A stretch of 57,571 bases of DNA, the filler included, from Nemertoderma westbladi (taxonomy: Eukaryota > Animalia > Xenacoelomorpha), in the NCBI GenBank assembly GCA_032718475.1. It is 2 parts of 2 records of this genome, joined end to end, with 100 filler letters (N's around TTAATTAATTAA, not from the genome) between each part and the next. Parts side by side here need not be neighbours in the genome. Positions count along the whole stretch, not along the records: positions 1 to 30,749 come from JAUCBJ010000584.1; 1 more part is not named here. One strand, given 5' to 3'. Made by a program: the position numbers and the translations under genes. Every line of letters begins with the position of its first letter. Position 1 is the first letter of the stretch. Below the pieces are notes generated by a model. The model was not told the origin of the DNA and searched no databases. It saw only the letters and a program-made list of their open reading frames with translations. Positions 1 through 12,918 of the stretch are shown one piece after another.

Positions 1-320
1 ACAAGACAATTAGTGGCTATCCATAGTACAGCAGTGATATTACTGTAGTAGCCTTTATTAAACACATGTTCTCATGAAAAGGTTAAGTTACTTAAAAGCA
101 CTAGCTGGTGCCTAATGCAAGAGAAAGGCAAGCACAGATAAATCAATTGGAGTTATTTGTTTGTAACATGCTCCTGTTGCTATGGTTATTAAAACACCAC
201 AATCCATCAATGACTAAGTTTCCAATTGAGTCAGACACCTGGGACTACTGATTGAATGTATTGCATTAAACAAATAATGCATATTTAGGTTGCCTGTTGT
301 TCCTTCTGCAGTCGGGCCCT

Positions 321-505
321 TGTGAAGTATACCAGAAATTATGCTGTAATATTTCACTTTAGCAGTTTACCTCGATGTGAAGTATGCCAGACTTTCTGCT
401 GTTATATTTCACTATACATTTTACCCCAATGTGAAGAATACCAGACTTTCTGCCGTTATATTTCACTTTGCAGTTACCCCCATGTGAAGAATACCAGATT
501 TTCAC
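321..505. repeat. Degenerate ~54-bp tandem repeat, about 3.5 copies
   Basis: Unit TGTGAAG(T/A)AT(A/G)CCAGA...ATATTTCACT recurs at about 321, 376, 430 and 483. Confidence 0.75.
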
Positions 506-705
506 TAAAAACCCAGGTTACAGAATGGCTCAATCTAACCAAAACAATAAACGAATTAATATCTTTACAGGTTATGAGATATCAATAAACGCTAAAAATA
601 CACCTAATACGTAGAAATTAAAAAATACAAATTCTTCATGTATAAAATTTCAATAGAATTTCGACCAAAAAGTGAAAACTTGATATTCTTCACATGATGG
701 GCCGA

Positions 706-1546
706 CAGCTGTCGGTTGTCGGTTGTCGGTTGTCGGTTGTCAGCTGTCGGTTGTCAGCTGTCGGTTGTCAGCTGTCGGTTGTCAGCTGTCGGTTGTCGGT
801 TGTCGGTTGTCAGCTGTCGGTTGTCAGCTGTCGGTTGTCAGCTGTCGGTTGTCAGCTGTCGGTTGTCTGCTGTCGGTTGTCAGCTGTCGGTTGTCAGCAG
901 TCGGTTGTCAGCTGTCGGTTGTCAGCTGTCGGTTGTCAGCTGTCGGTCGTCAGCTGTCGGTTGTCGGTTGTCAGCTGTCGGTTGTCAGCTGTCGGTTGTC
1001 AGCTGTCGGTTGTCAGCTGTCGGTTGTCAGCTGTCGGTTGTCAGCTGTCGGTTGTCAGCTGTCGGTTGTCAGCTGTCGGTTGTCGGTTGTCGGTTGTCAG
1101 CTGTCGGTTGTCAGCTGTCGGTTGTCAGCTGTCGGTTGTCAGCTGTCGGTTGTCAGCTGTCGGTTGTCAGCTGTCGGTTGTCAGCAGTCGGTTGTCAGCT
1201 GTCGGTTGTCAGCTGTCGGTTGTCAGCTGTCGGTCGTCAGCTGTCGGTTGTCGGTTGTCAGCTGTCGGTTGTCAGCTGTCGGTTGTCAGCTGTCGGTTGT
1301 CAGCTGTCGGTTGTCAGCTGTCGGTTGTCAGCTGTCGGTTGTCAGCTGTCGGTTGTCAGCTGTCGGTTGTCAGCTGTCGGTTGTCAGCAGTCGGTTGTCA
1401 GCTGTCGGTTGTCAGCTGTCGGTTGTCAGCTGTCGGTCGTCAGCTGTCGGTTGTCAGCTGTCGGTTGTCAGCTGTCGGTTGTCAGCTGTCGGTTGTCAGC
1501 TGTCGGTTGTCAGCTGTCGGTTGTCAGCTGTCGGTTCTCAGCTGTC
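706..1546. repeat. 14-bp minisatellite (CTGTCGGTTGTCAG)n built from two 7-bp subunits
   Basis: Near-perfect array. The three long + strand ORFs (694-1658) are its translation. Confidence 0.97.
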
Positions 1547-1605
1547 GGCCGCCTGCCATCTTATCTCGGATCTCGGATTTCCTGCAGACATCCATGGATT
1601 CCTGT

Positions 1606-4590
1606 TAGAGTTTCTGAGAATATTAAAATATTCGAATGATTTTTTTAAAGCATTCTAATATTCGAGCACTTTTATAAACAACTAAACAACTAGTTTTCCC
1701 CGATGGAGTGAATAATTATTGTCTGATTTTTCGATCTCCATCAATGTCCATTATTGTTTTAATTTCTACTTTGAATATAAAAGTATAATACAACTTGACG
1801 ATAATATCATTAATATAATGCAGACAAAAAGAGTGATACTAAATGTGGCAGCACATGGAAAAAAGTGACGTATTCAGTGTTTTGTGAAAGGTAGAAAACA
1901 TATTTAGATCAGCAATGTAACTATAGATATAATATTTTTAAATCAAAATGTTACCACCTTTCCAGCTGCCAGAATTTCAGAAACGTAACTTCATGTCTGA
2001 ATTTGTTATGTCAGTCTATTCGACTGTCTCTTTGTCCGTCTTTCGTACTTTAGGTTGTAGAATATAACAAAGGCACACTAATTTGCTAAAGGTTTCACAA
2101 GTTTCACTAGTTTTCCAGGACAGTTTTCATGCTTATGCTTGACATAATATAGTCTGTCTGTCAGTCTATTTATCTGTCTGTCAATCTGTTGTTTGTCAAA
2201 ATATAAGAAGACCCTCTGCGTGGCCAGTATTTTAGCTACGGTGTATTTCTGGTCTGTTATTTTATTCTTGATGTTTGGCTGAATCTAGTCTGCCTGTTGT
2301 TTACTTTTGACAGACAGAGAGTCAGACAGTCAGGCAGACAGACAGACTGATAGAAACACTACTAGATCCACCAAACACTAAAACTGACATGTGAAATGAA
2401 AACACCGAATAGGAAAACACCCAGATCTGAAATATTAGCTCTGTGGTGTGTTTCATTATTGTGAAGTTACGTCATTAACAAACATTCTGTAAGACAGTAT
2501 TGAGATGGAAGGTTCATACTACGATATTTTGTCCGACACGATATCGTGTAGTTTTTGCTATTTTCCGAAGGCAAAAACATATCTAGAGTTTATACTAAAT
2601 ATACCATTAGAAAGCCCAAAAACTTTACTACAAAATGAGATGTAATCCAAAAAAATTGATTTTTTGTCATGTGTCCATTCTTACCTGGCAAACTGTGAAT
2701 GAGGTATCTATCTGGTCGGAAAAGTTGTGCAAAGGGGCGCCTCAAAGCCGATAGTCCCGAAGAACGTGTGGGGAAGTGGAAAAATCACTTCAGCAACTTG
2801 CTTGGGCAGCCACCAAACATCGAGGTCAGCCCTACAAGGAAAATATATGACAAGACACTACCTATAGAAACAGGGGACTTCACACCTGCCGAACTCCAAA
2901 GAAGCATTAAAAGCATGTCCAATAATAAAGCGAGTGGATTAGATGAAATCCCAGCGGAGGTATGGAAAACAGGAGTGCTAAACAGACCATTATTGAATGT
3001 TTGCAACCGGATGTTAAAAGGGGAAAAGCCTCCACCAATTTGGACTAAAGGTCAACTAAAGCCTCTCCCCAAGAAAGGAGACCTCGGTATACCAACAAAC
3101 TATCGTGGGATCTGTCTGCTTTTGGTAGCTGCCAAAATATACAATAAAATGATTCTATACAGGATTAGGCCTCACATAGAGAAACTACTGCGTAATTAGC
3201 CAAAACGGATTTCGACCAAGTAGATCAACAATAGCTCAGATACTTGCACTACGGAGACTGATTGAAGGAATTAAGTCGAAGAATCTCCCCGCTGTCATGA
3301 CTTTTGTGGACTTCAAGAAGGCATTCGACTCCATCCAGAGAGGCAAAATGCTTGAAATCCTAAGAGCTTATGGAATACCAGAAGTAATTGTTGCTGGCAT
3401 TGGATTGTTATATTGTGACACAGAAGCGCAGGTACTCTCACCAGATGGTGAAACTGAGTTTTTCTCAATCCTGGCTGGGGTACTGCAAGGTGACACATTA
3501 GCACCATTACTATTTGTAATTGTGCTGGATTACGCAATGAGGACAGCCACAAAGGGTGAAGACCTGGGATTTACACTTCAAGAACGCAGAAGTAGTAGAT
3601 ATCCGGCAACTACAGTCACAGACACCGACTTTGCGGATGACATCGCCCTGCTCTCTAATACCCTAGCAGATGCACAGCTTCTACTAAATAAAGTGGAGAG
3701 GGCTGCTAAGGAGGTTGGATTGCATATAAATGCTACCAAGACCGAATTCATGACCTTTAATGTTGATGGAAACTTGACAACCATTAATAGTAATCAACTA
3801 AGGAAGGGTGACGACTTCCAGTACTTAGGATCATGGATAGAGAGTAGCAAAAAGGACATAGAAGTTAGGAAAGCAAAGGCTTGGGTAGCTCTATCAAAAA
3901 TGTATACCATCTGGAAATCAGATCTCTCCAGGCACCTGAAGACTAAGTTCTTTCGAGCCACAGTGGAAAGTGTATTTTTATACGGGTGTGAGACCTGGAC
4001 ACAGACTAAATCACTTGAACAACGAATTGATGGTTGCTACTAAGACTACTAAGGGCAGCCCTAAACATCAGCTGGAGACAACACATGACAAACGCCGAAC
4101 TTTATGGTACAATACCACCTGTATCAACCACCCTCCGTGAACGCAGATTAAGATTCAGTGGGCACTACTGCTGGCGAAGTAAAGACGAGGTCATACCAGA
4201 TCTACTTTTCTGGCAACCAACTCATGGAAAGCGTAGTCGTGGACGACCGGCCACAACATATATAGATCAACTTGAAAGGGATACTGAACTTGGGAGAAAC
4301 GAAATTGCGACAACTATGGAGAATCGGGAAGCCTGGAAGGATCTCATTTCCACTGTCCGAGTTCGCTCGACTTAGTAGTAGTAGTTTAGTCAATTCTGTA
4401 ACCGCCACAAATACAGTTGAAAAAAATCACTAAAATGACAAATAGATAATTAACTTGTGAGATTTACTTAATTAAGTAGCTTATACTTTTATTGTTCTTG
4501 TATAATATTGTAATAGTAATTATAATTTTAATACACTTAAAAGTATCAACGAATATTCGAATAGTAAAATTGCCATTCTCAGAAACTCTA
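1606..4590. mobile_element. Probable non-autonomous hAT-like DNA transposon carrying an RTE LINE insertion
   Basis: TAGAGTTTCTGAGAAT (1606-1621) and its exact reverse complement ATTCTCAGAAACTCTA (4575-4590), both with subterminal TATTCGAAT. The putative 8-bp TSD matches only 5/8 (ATTCCTGT vs ATTCTTAC). Confidence 0.5.
2683..4385 (+). mobile_element. 5'-truncated RTE-clade LINE, reverse transcriptase pseudogene
   Basis: Consecutive ORF pieces 2699-3199, 3297-4043 and 4034-4375 carry RT motifs NYRGICLL, FVDFKKAFDS, GVLQGDTLAPLLF, DFADD and FQYLGS. They end in an RTE-type C-terminus (RSRGRPATTYIDQL...NREAW), with a (TAG)n tail at the stop. Disrupted by a stop and frameshifts. Confidence 0.9.
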
Positions 4591-7500
4591 ATTCTTACGA
4601 CGTAGTCCAAACTAACAATTTTTCAATAACTGTAAAAAGTTTATATTAAGTTGAGAAAATAATATAAATTATTGTACATAATAAAGTGTTTTATGGTGAC
4701 CTGGATTCAGCCTTCCCGATATTCGGAATTTTCCTAATGTTTTGGAAATAGTTTTCGGAGAAAATATATGGGGTCATTTATTTTTCTTTGGGGACTTATC
4801 TTTTTTTTTCACGTGGCCCCATTTTTTTCAGTGGGGGTCCCGCAGACACCAACACCGGAGCTGATTACAGGTACATAATTTGCTCGTATTTGTGGAGGGG
4901 TATAAAACAAGTTGCGGGAAAAAAGTTACATCGCTTGAGGCCAGCCTGGAAGCACAATCGCAACTGGAGATTCTGCTACCTTCAACTAACTCGAGATAGG
5001 CCTGCTGTATCTGTATCACTTCCCAGAAATCAGTTTATCCTTCCTTATCTTATAACTTACCCCACAACTGAAATATTCTTGTTTCGCCATAGTATAAAGG
5101 ACGCCTTACATACTATTATGGAAATGGTCTACATAAAAATTTTGACGATCTACTGCTTTTGAAAAATGAAATTTTATATGGCATTGAATAGTGATCAAAT
5201 ATCATATCTGCAAAAAATTTCGTTTTTTTGTTTGACACCATGAAAACTATTATTTCACAGAAACCGCACCTGTTTATTTCAAATTTTAGTCACTTTTAAA
5301 AAATCGAAATGCATTACAAAACTATACCATCTGTAAGAGCGAAAAATTCTCTATCAAATAGGGCAATAAACCCAATTTCGATTTTTTGACGAATAACGCC
5401 TTTCTATATGCACCGCCACAAATAACCACAAACACAAAAAAGACGCATATGTTCTACTCCACATTGTAAAAGATCCCTTCATGTTTGGCATACATATAAC
5501 ATCGTGCTTTATAGGGTTCATGCTCTTACTGTAGGGAGACAATGATGATTTATTTTTATTCACAATGTGAGGTTTTACCAACTCCTCCAGCCTGCTCATC
5601 ATTTAAAGTATTGCCTATCAGTAAGTAATTATTATTTAACATGCAAACGTTCCCCAATTAAATTAAAACAATTAGATATATAATAAATATAAGCAAGAGT
5701 CTTTTTAATTTTGTTCTGTAGTCCACGTGTATTTGTCGAGGCCTCGAGAGTTCTCAAATCCAATTACAGAGAAGGCAGGGCATCAGCGGATTTTCGGGAC
5801 AGAGGACACCGCGTTTCGTCGGTTGAGACATAAAGGCGCGTCGTCCCGTATTTCCGCACTCTCCATTCGTGTTGCAAATAACCGACCTATGTTTCTGGAG
5901 CATTTGCACGTAATTTGACACCATCTAGCGGATTAATATATAATTGTATATCGATCGAATACATTTTATAGCATGGGGTATAGGGTCAGAGCCACGAAGT
6001 TGGCGGAGCCTTTGCGAACTGACGCTATCTCTTAGGGAGGTAGGTCAATTATGGCAAATAGTTCATTCAATAATGGTCCTGTATGCCATCATCGTCGCTA
6101 CGATTTTGACTTACTTATAACTTCGTCGGATCTAAAGCTTCGAGTCTAAAATTAGTAGGCATCAATAAGACCATAAGTTTTTTTTAGGGACTTCCAGACA
6201 CCATCAAATCCCCAGTCTCTCGCTAGAGGGCTACATGTCTAGATATTAAATATACTCACATTTTCTTTGCTTTAAACCCGTTCTAGCTGAAACTTGGCAT
6301 GTTTGTACTAGACCATTAACTGTGTCATTCAAAGGAGGCTCATCTGTCTGCAGTTCTCTAGTCTGAGGCTAGAGAACAAATATCTCAAAGTGCAATCACT
6401 GATTTAGCTGAAACATCAGATATAGAACACGTCCGGTCCGTGTTTGCCGGGCTAGGAATCAGTCCGACCAGTTCCACCTCACCACGATTCCATCAAGGTG
6501 TAATTCTATAGGACATGCAATAGTGTTAGGCCCTCCGCCCTAGAGTAATAAGACAGCTTGCTTATTGTTTATAAAGACAGCTTGCTTATTGTTTATCTCG
6601 CAAAATGATTGCTGAGTATTTAATGGAGATTCTTTAGAATAAATATAGCTAAATAATTTTGTTGTGACATCGACATGGTAAATTAATATTTCAGTATCAA
6701 TACTAAAACGTCATAAGGTCACTGCAAAAGGCTTATATCCAAAATTGTTTATTTCTCAAAATATTAGGCTTATTATTTTTTGATGGGATTTCTGTGTATT
6801 TTAATTGTCTAAGTTTTCAGAGGCATTAACAGTATATTAAATAAATTATTTGAATATCATTCATTACTGCATCGACTGTATTTAGTACTGCGTAGATTAT
6901 ATTTCTATAAACCACCTGGCTTCGCATATTGAACGTGCGATTGGAAATAAGTTCGTGCTACCCTTCCGTGGGTGGTGTACTAAATTTTACTAATTTATAA
7001 AGTTAAATACTGATTCTGTGATACAGTCGCTCGATTTTAATTTGTATCTCATAACTGGGCCTCGTGCTGCGCGAAGGCCCCACGAACGTGTACTGTACTG
7101 TATACTGAAAGTATCCCATTAACTTTTTTTTCTATCGGGGCTTCTGACACTAACATCACCGCAGCGATTACTTAGAGATCGCTCCTTAACATTCAGGAAT
7201 CCTTCAGCCTCAGACTTGGCAACATCATTAGGAAATTTCCTGCCAAGGGTCATACAGATGTTTAAAAAAACGATACATAATATCAACTTAAAGTTCATTT
7301 TGTATAGATTTAATATCAGACTTGATCCGTTGTTTTACTGTAGGCCTACTGTAATTTTAAACAAACTACTGTAGCAATTACACGATCGAGGGACATCAAC
7401 TACATTGTACCAATTATTAACCTCCGAATTTTAGCCGACAGGCAGACAGTCCAACCGACAGACAATAGTCGTTGAAATTGCAGTTCACATGCGCTGAGCT

Positions 7501-7734
7501 ATATTCCTTTATGCCCCCCCCCCCCCCCCCCCAACCCAAAAAAAAGACTAGCGAGCAGTTTGTGCCTGTCAGTGTTAACAGAGAATGCTTTTTAGCAAAA
7601 ATCTATGGTACCTATATACCTGTATATAGGGGCCTACACAAAAATTCACAGGAATATGGATTACCTTACAGACACGTGGCAAATCATAACTTGGTCTACT
7701 GATTTAATCTGCGTTGCTTTGAATTCACATCTCT

Positions 7735-7770
7735 TCGGAGGTCGTGGGTTCGATCCCTGCATGAGGTTAC
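7735..7770 (+). other. tRNA-derived (SINE head-like) fragment with a Pol III B box
   Basis: GGTCGTGGGTTCGATCCC resembles a T-arm/B box. No complete cloverleaf is visible. Confidence 0.3.
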
Positions 7771-8569
7771 GTTAGTTTGCGTTTCAGCAGACTTTGTCTG
7801 GTGTAATAGTAATCCCTGGCTTACAGGCCATGAAAACAACTTTATACTTTACTTTTACTTGTGAGTTTGGTGAATGCACAAACTCTATATTTAGGGCCTT
7901 TATATTGTACTCTATGTGCGAAAAATACTATAAGACACGTGGAGTGTGTTGTACGGACCATCTGTATGTATGTAGGCCTACAGTACCGGTATACAGTATA
8001 CTGTCTGTAGGAAATATGATCATATCGCGTGGTGGCAGAGAGTCTGAGTCATTTATAATAATCGTAAATTATTAACCGAGGCTGCAATCTGTGACTTTGT
8101 TCAAATCTACTGTACTGTACCTACAAACTATAGCGCTTACTGATTAGTATACAGGTTGGTTTTATTAATAGACACACCATTTTTATGCAATGCTTTTTGA
8201 TGTGGAGCTAGCCATGAGTCATCGAGCCTTTCAATAATCTATGACGTTTCTATGCGAATAGGTTGCATGGATAAACGGAATAAAAATGTACAAAGTTGAT
8301 TTGTATGCAGTATCGATGCGGTTTCATCCCCCTTCCCCTCACTCCCCTACTACTATCAGCATATGCTGCATTTCAGCTGCATTATATATATTAAAAATAA
8401 AATATAACAACATTTTTCAATCATTGGCACACTTCATTAGTTGCATTCATGTTCCCGGTGTCTTCGATCTTGTGCGACATTTCGCAGTGATTTGACAGGG
8501 TAGCGGGGGGGGGGGGGGGGGGGTGGGTGGTTTGAGGTGGGTGGGTAGTGCAGTAACAGTACTTACGGT

Positions 8570-9426
8570 TGTAAGAGAACTCCTCTGGTATAGGTCACAA
8601 GAGGGATGGATATCTTTCGTCGGGTGTGTGTGAGATAATCGAGAGACCCTTATCCGATTCCACAGGCGCTCTCTAGTAGAAATGCCTATCTCCCTTCCCA
8701 CCTGAGTTCCGGTTTCACTCAGGGAACCTGCCGTCGGTCCACAAGTGGCCAGTCGAGGATATACGTTAGACCCCAGAAGCAGTGTAATGAGTAAGAGGGT
8801 TCTTGTTGACTGATCTTTAATGGCATTCACTAGTAGATGATGTCTCACCAATAAAAGCTCTTGCACTTATGGTGCGAAGTAGCGTAATCACCAATAACAC
8901 AATACAAATACTGTATAAATAACATATGGAAAGTTATAAGTAAATAGGAGAGAGGTAACATTTACTGTAGAAATACACCCATGGAATAAAAGAGTTTACC
9001 AAAAACATAATATTATACACCTCAAAAATTGGCACTAACATCTGACTAATCTCTAATATAGGTTACACCTTCACCTGTTGTATACAAATTTATAGTTACT
9101 TCTTTCTTAGCCGAGAGTGCCCTGGTATTTCCCCCTATGTACTAATGGTCCCCTTCTACCGTAACAAATAACCAAATTGTCCTTACTGTATTATTGCATT
9201 CTTACTGTAGGTTAATGCATCATTGTTCGGTCTGCCAATACATATTTAACACCCGATTTTTAGGCCTCCAATATGCATTCACACCTTCTCAATGTCTTTG
9301 TATTCACATCATACTATCACTCACTCTGTAGCCAATAACCCATTCTCAGTTCTTCTAATTGTGTCGCTTATTACTTAGCTAATTCTCGCTTATTGGTTTG
9401 GGATTACTTCACTAACACTCCCCCCT
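8570..9426 (-). mobile_element. Probable 3' LTR (~850 bp) with adjoining PPT from an unidentified LTR retrotransposon
   Basis: Bounded by TGTAAG (8570) and CTAACA (9417), directly followed on + by CTCCCCCCT, which is a PPT on the minus strand. No coding part and no second LTR seen. Confidence 0.4.
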
Positions 9427-9931
9427 GTCAGCTTGCTGACACACACAGGGTAATTCCAAACCAATCTCTTTATTTCCCCATTGTAGCTTAACTTATGAAC
9501 TAATAATACTCACATCACTTCAACTTATATACCCACATCAATGATCTCAATATTACTCTCTGTGCTTTATACTCACCTTTATTGTGTCTAATGAATTCGT
9601 CTCTTTACCATCATATAATACTAACCGCTAATGATGTGATATATCATTCCAAATATGAGAGTATTTATTTACCGAACTACAGTATTACTTGCCATGACAT
9701 TCTATGGGTTCCGTTATTAACCTGTGGAGTTAAATTAATTTAATATCCTAAAACTAGGCATCTTGATTCCTCTGAAATTAAATCGAATAAATTCATACAG
9801 TAAATATTTACGTTACGCAATCATATAATGTTCATTATTATAACAGTAATATTATTTTTTTATCTTCTACGGTTAACTTAGTGATTACTTTCAATGCGCT
9901 TGTCATCTCTATGCGACTTATAAAGATTAAG

Positions 9932-11611
9932 GTATCTCCGGGCCGGACTTAGTATCTCAGGGCCTGAGATAGTATCTCCGGGCCGGACTTAGTATCTCAG
10001 GGACTGAGATAGTATCTCTGGGCCGGACTTAGTATCTTCGGGCCTGAGATAGTATCTCCGGGCTGGACTTAGTATCTCCGGGCCTGAGATAGTATCTCCG
10101 GGCCGGACTTAGTATCTCAGGGCCTGAGATAGTATCTCCGGGCCGGACTTAGTATCTCAGGGCCTGAGATAGTATCTCTGGGCTTGAGATAGTATCTCCG
10201 GGCCGGACTTAGTATCTACGGGCCTGAGATAGTATCTCCGGGCCGGACTTAGTATCTCCGGGCCTGAGATAGTATCTCCAGGCCGGACTTAGTATCTCAG
10301 GGCCTGAGATAGTATCTCCGGGCCTGACTTAGTATCTCCGGGCCGGACTTAGTATCTCTGGGCCGGACTTAGTATCTCAGGGACTGAGATAGTATCTCCG
10401 GGCTGGACTTAGTATCTCAGGGACTGAGATAGTATCTCCGGGCTGGACTTAGTATCTTCGGGCCTGAGATAGTATCTCCGGGCTGGACTTAGTATCTCCG
10501 GGCCTGAGATAGTATCTCCGGGCCGGACTTAGTATCTCAGGGCCTGAGATAGTATCTCCGGGCCGGACTTAGTATCTCAGGGCCTGAGATAGTATCTCTG
10601 GGCTTGAGATAGTATCTCCGGGCCGGACTTAGTATCAAGTGGCCTGAGATAGTATCTCTGGGCCGGACTTAGTATCTCAGGGCCTGAGATAGTATCGCCG
10701 GGCCGGACTTAGTATCTCAGGGCCTGAGATAGTATCTCAGGGCTTGAGATAGTATCTCCGGGCCAGACTTAGTATCAAGTGGCCTGAGATAGTATCTATG
10801 GGCCGGACTTAGTATCTACGGGCCTGAGATAGTATCTCCGGGCCGGACTTAGTATCTCCGGGCCTGAGATAGTATCTCCAGGCTGGACTTAGTATCTCAG
10901 GGCCTGAGATAGTATCTCCGGGCCTGACTTAGTATCTCCGCACCGGACTTAGCATCTCAGGGCCGGACTTAGTATCTCAAGGACTGAGATAGTATCTCCG
11001 GGCTGGACTTAGTATCTCAGGGCCTGAGATAGTCTCTCTGGGCCTGTGATATAGTATCTCCGGGCCGGACTTAGTATCAAAGGACCTGAGATAGTATCTC
11101 TGGGCTGGACTTAGTATCTCCAGGCCTGAGATAGTATCTCCAGGCCAGACTTAGTATCAAAGGGCCTGAGATAGTATCTCCGGGCCAGACTTAGTATCTC
11201 CAGGCCGGACTTAGTATCTCAGGACCTGGGATAGTATCTCCGGGCCTGAGATAGTATCTCCAGGCTGGACTTAGTATCTCAGGGCCTGAAATAGTATCTC
11301 CGGGCCGGACTTAGTATCTCCGGGCTGGACTTAGTATCTCAGGGCCTGAAATAGTATCTCCGGGCCGGGCTTAGTATCTCCGGGCAGGACTTAGTATCTC
11401 AGGGCCTGAGATAGTATCTCTGGGTCGGACTTAGTATCTCAGGGCCTCAGATAGTATCTCCGGGCTGGACTTAGTATCTCAGGGCCTGAGATAGTATCTC
11501 CGGGCCTGACTTAGTATATCCGGGCTTGAGATAGTATCTCCAGGCCGGACTTAGTATCTCCAGGCCGGACTTAGTATCTCAGGGCTGAGATAGTATCTCT
11601 GGGCCGGAGTT
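9932..11611. repeat. 20-bp satellite with alternating 40-bp higher-order unit (AGTATCTCCGGGCCGGACTT / AGTATCTCAGGGCCTGAGAT)
   Basis: About 1.7 kb of uninterrupted tandem array with no unique spacers. Confidence 0.97.
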
Positions 11612-11871
11612 AGAAAAAAAAGGGGAAACCCATGTCCCTTTAGGGACTCCGTATTTAACTTATCAAGTAATAAGATTTCTAAGAGTGTACTAAAATCTTA
11701 TTAATAACTTGGGAATCATTGTAAGAATCACAAATTTGTTAAACTTTACAAGTGCAAATTCAATTAACTTAACAAGAGTGACACTATTACATAAACTTTA
11801 TAAGAAAGACATGTAGTATTAGTATACTTATACAGATGTCAGTGTGTCATTCGGTAGGTGCTAAAATGCAC

Positions 11872-12510
11872 AGCGAGCAACAATGACCAACAACGAGCAA
11901 CAATGAGCAACAACGAGCAACAATGAGCAACAACGAGCAACAACGACCAACAACGAGCAACAATGAGCAACAACGAGCAACAATGAGCAATAACGAGCAA
12001 CAATGAGCAAAAACGAGCAACAATGAGCAAGAATAAAGTACAACAATGAGCAACAACGACCAACAACGAGCAACAATGAGCAACAACGAGCAACAACGAG
12101 CAACAACGAGCAACAACGAGCAACAATGAGCAACAACGAGCAACAATGAGCAATAATAAAGTACAACAATGACCAACAACGAGCAACAATGAGCAACAAC
12201 GAGCAACAATGAGCAACAACGAGCAACTATGAGCAATAATAAAGTACAACAACGAGCAACAATGAGCAACAATGAGCAACAACGAGCAACAATGAGCAAC
12301 AATGAGCAACAACGAGCAACAATGAGCAACAATGAGCAACAACGAGCAACAATGAGCAACAACGAGCAACAATGAGCAATAATAAAGTACAACAATGAGC
12401 AACAATGACCAACAACGAGCAACAATGAGCAACAACGAGCAACAACGAGCAACAATGAGCAACAACGAGCAATAATAAAGTACAACAACGAGAACAAATT
12501 ATGAGCAACA
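11872..12510 (+). repeat. Left foldback arm: 10-bp minisatellite CAACAA(C/T)GAG
   Basis: Tandem array punctuated by AATAATAAAGTACAAC. Reverse complement of 15357-15750. Confidence 0.95.
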
Positions 12511-12918
12511 ATGAGAAAAAATAATAAAGCGATAAAAAATAACTACAATAAGTAGCAGTAACTACAATAACAGTAACTATAATAAAGTAACTAGAGTACA
12601 CCACTAAACAGATACATTCATTATACTTATGCAGTATAATGTATCCCAGTAATCCCGAATATATAAGTAGGATATGATAAATAAATTCCCAACCAAGAAC
12701 TTAATAAAAATGCTTCCATACCCGCAATGTCATCAAGATGGTGCACAATACAGCTATACCGGGACCGGTAGGCCTACAAATATTTATCAGTTTACCTGAT
12801 TTCAGTCTATCAGTCTTGTTCTGTTTGGGTAGTGTCGGTGAAACTTTCCTCAACCTATTATCTGGTTCTGACTGTCTGATGTACGGTACTGTCAGACTGT
12901 GAAGTGTGAACTGGTTTT

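Noticed and set aside
694-1658. Three ~300-aa Cys/Ser/Val-rich ORFs
   Set aside because: They are translations of a 14-bp satellite in all forward frames.
2670-2682. TSD for the RTE insertion (GTCCATTCT vs GTCAATTCT at about 4389)
   Set aside because: Imperfect match and ambiguous boundaries, so not claimed.
5917-5932. CTCF-like site (CCATCTAGCGG)
   Set aside because: A single short motif match cannot be supported without binding data.
7700-7780. tRNA gene
   Set aside because: Only a B-box/T-arm-like stretch is present; no acceptor stem or anticodon arm could be built.
9932-11611. Palindromic regular repeats as a CRISPR array
   Set aside because: Contiguous tandem units with no spacers.
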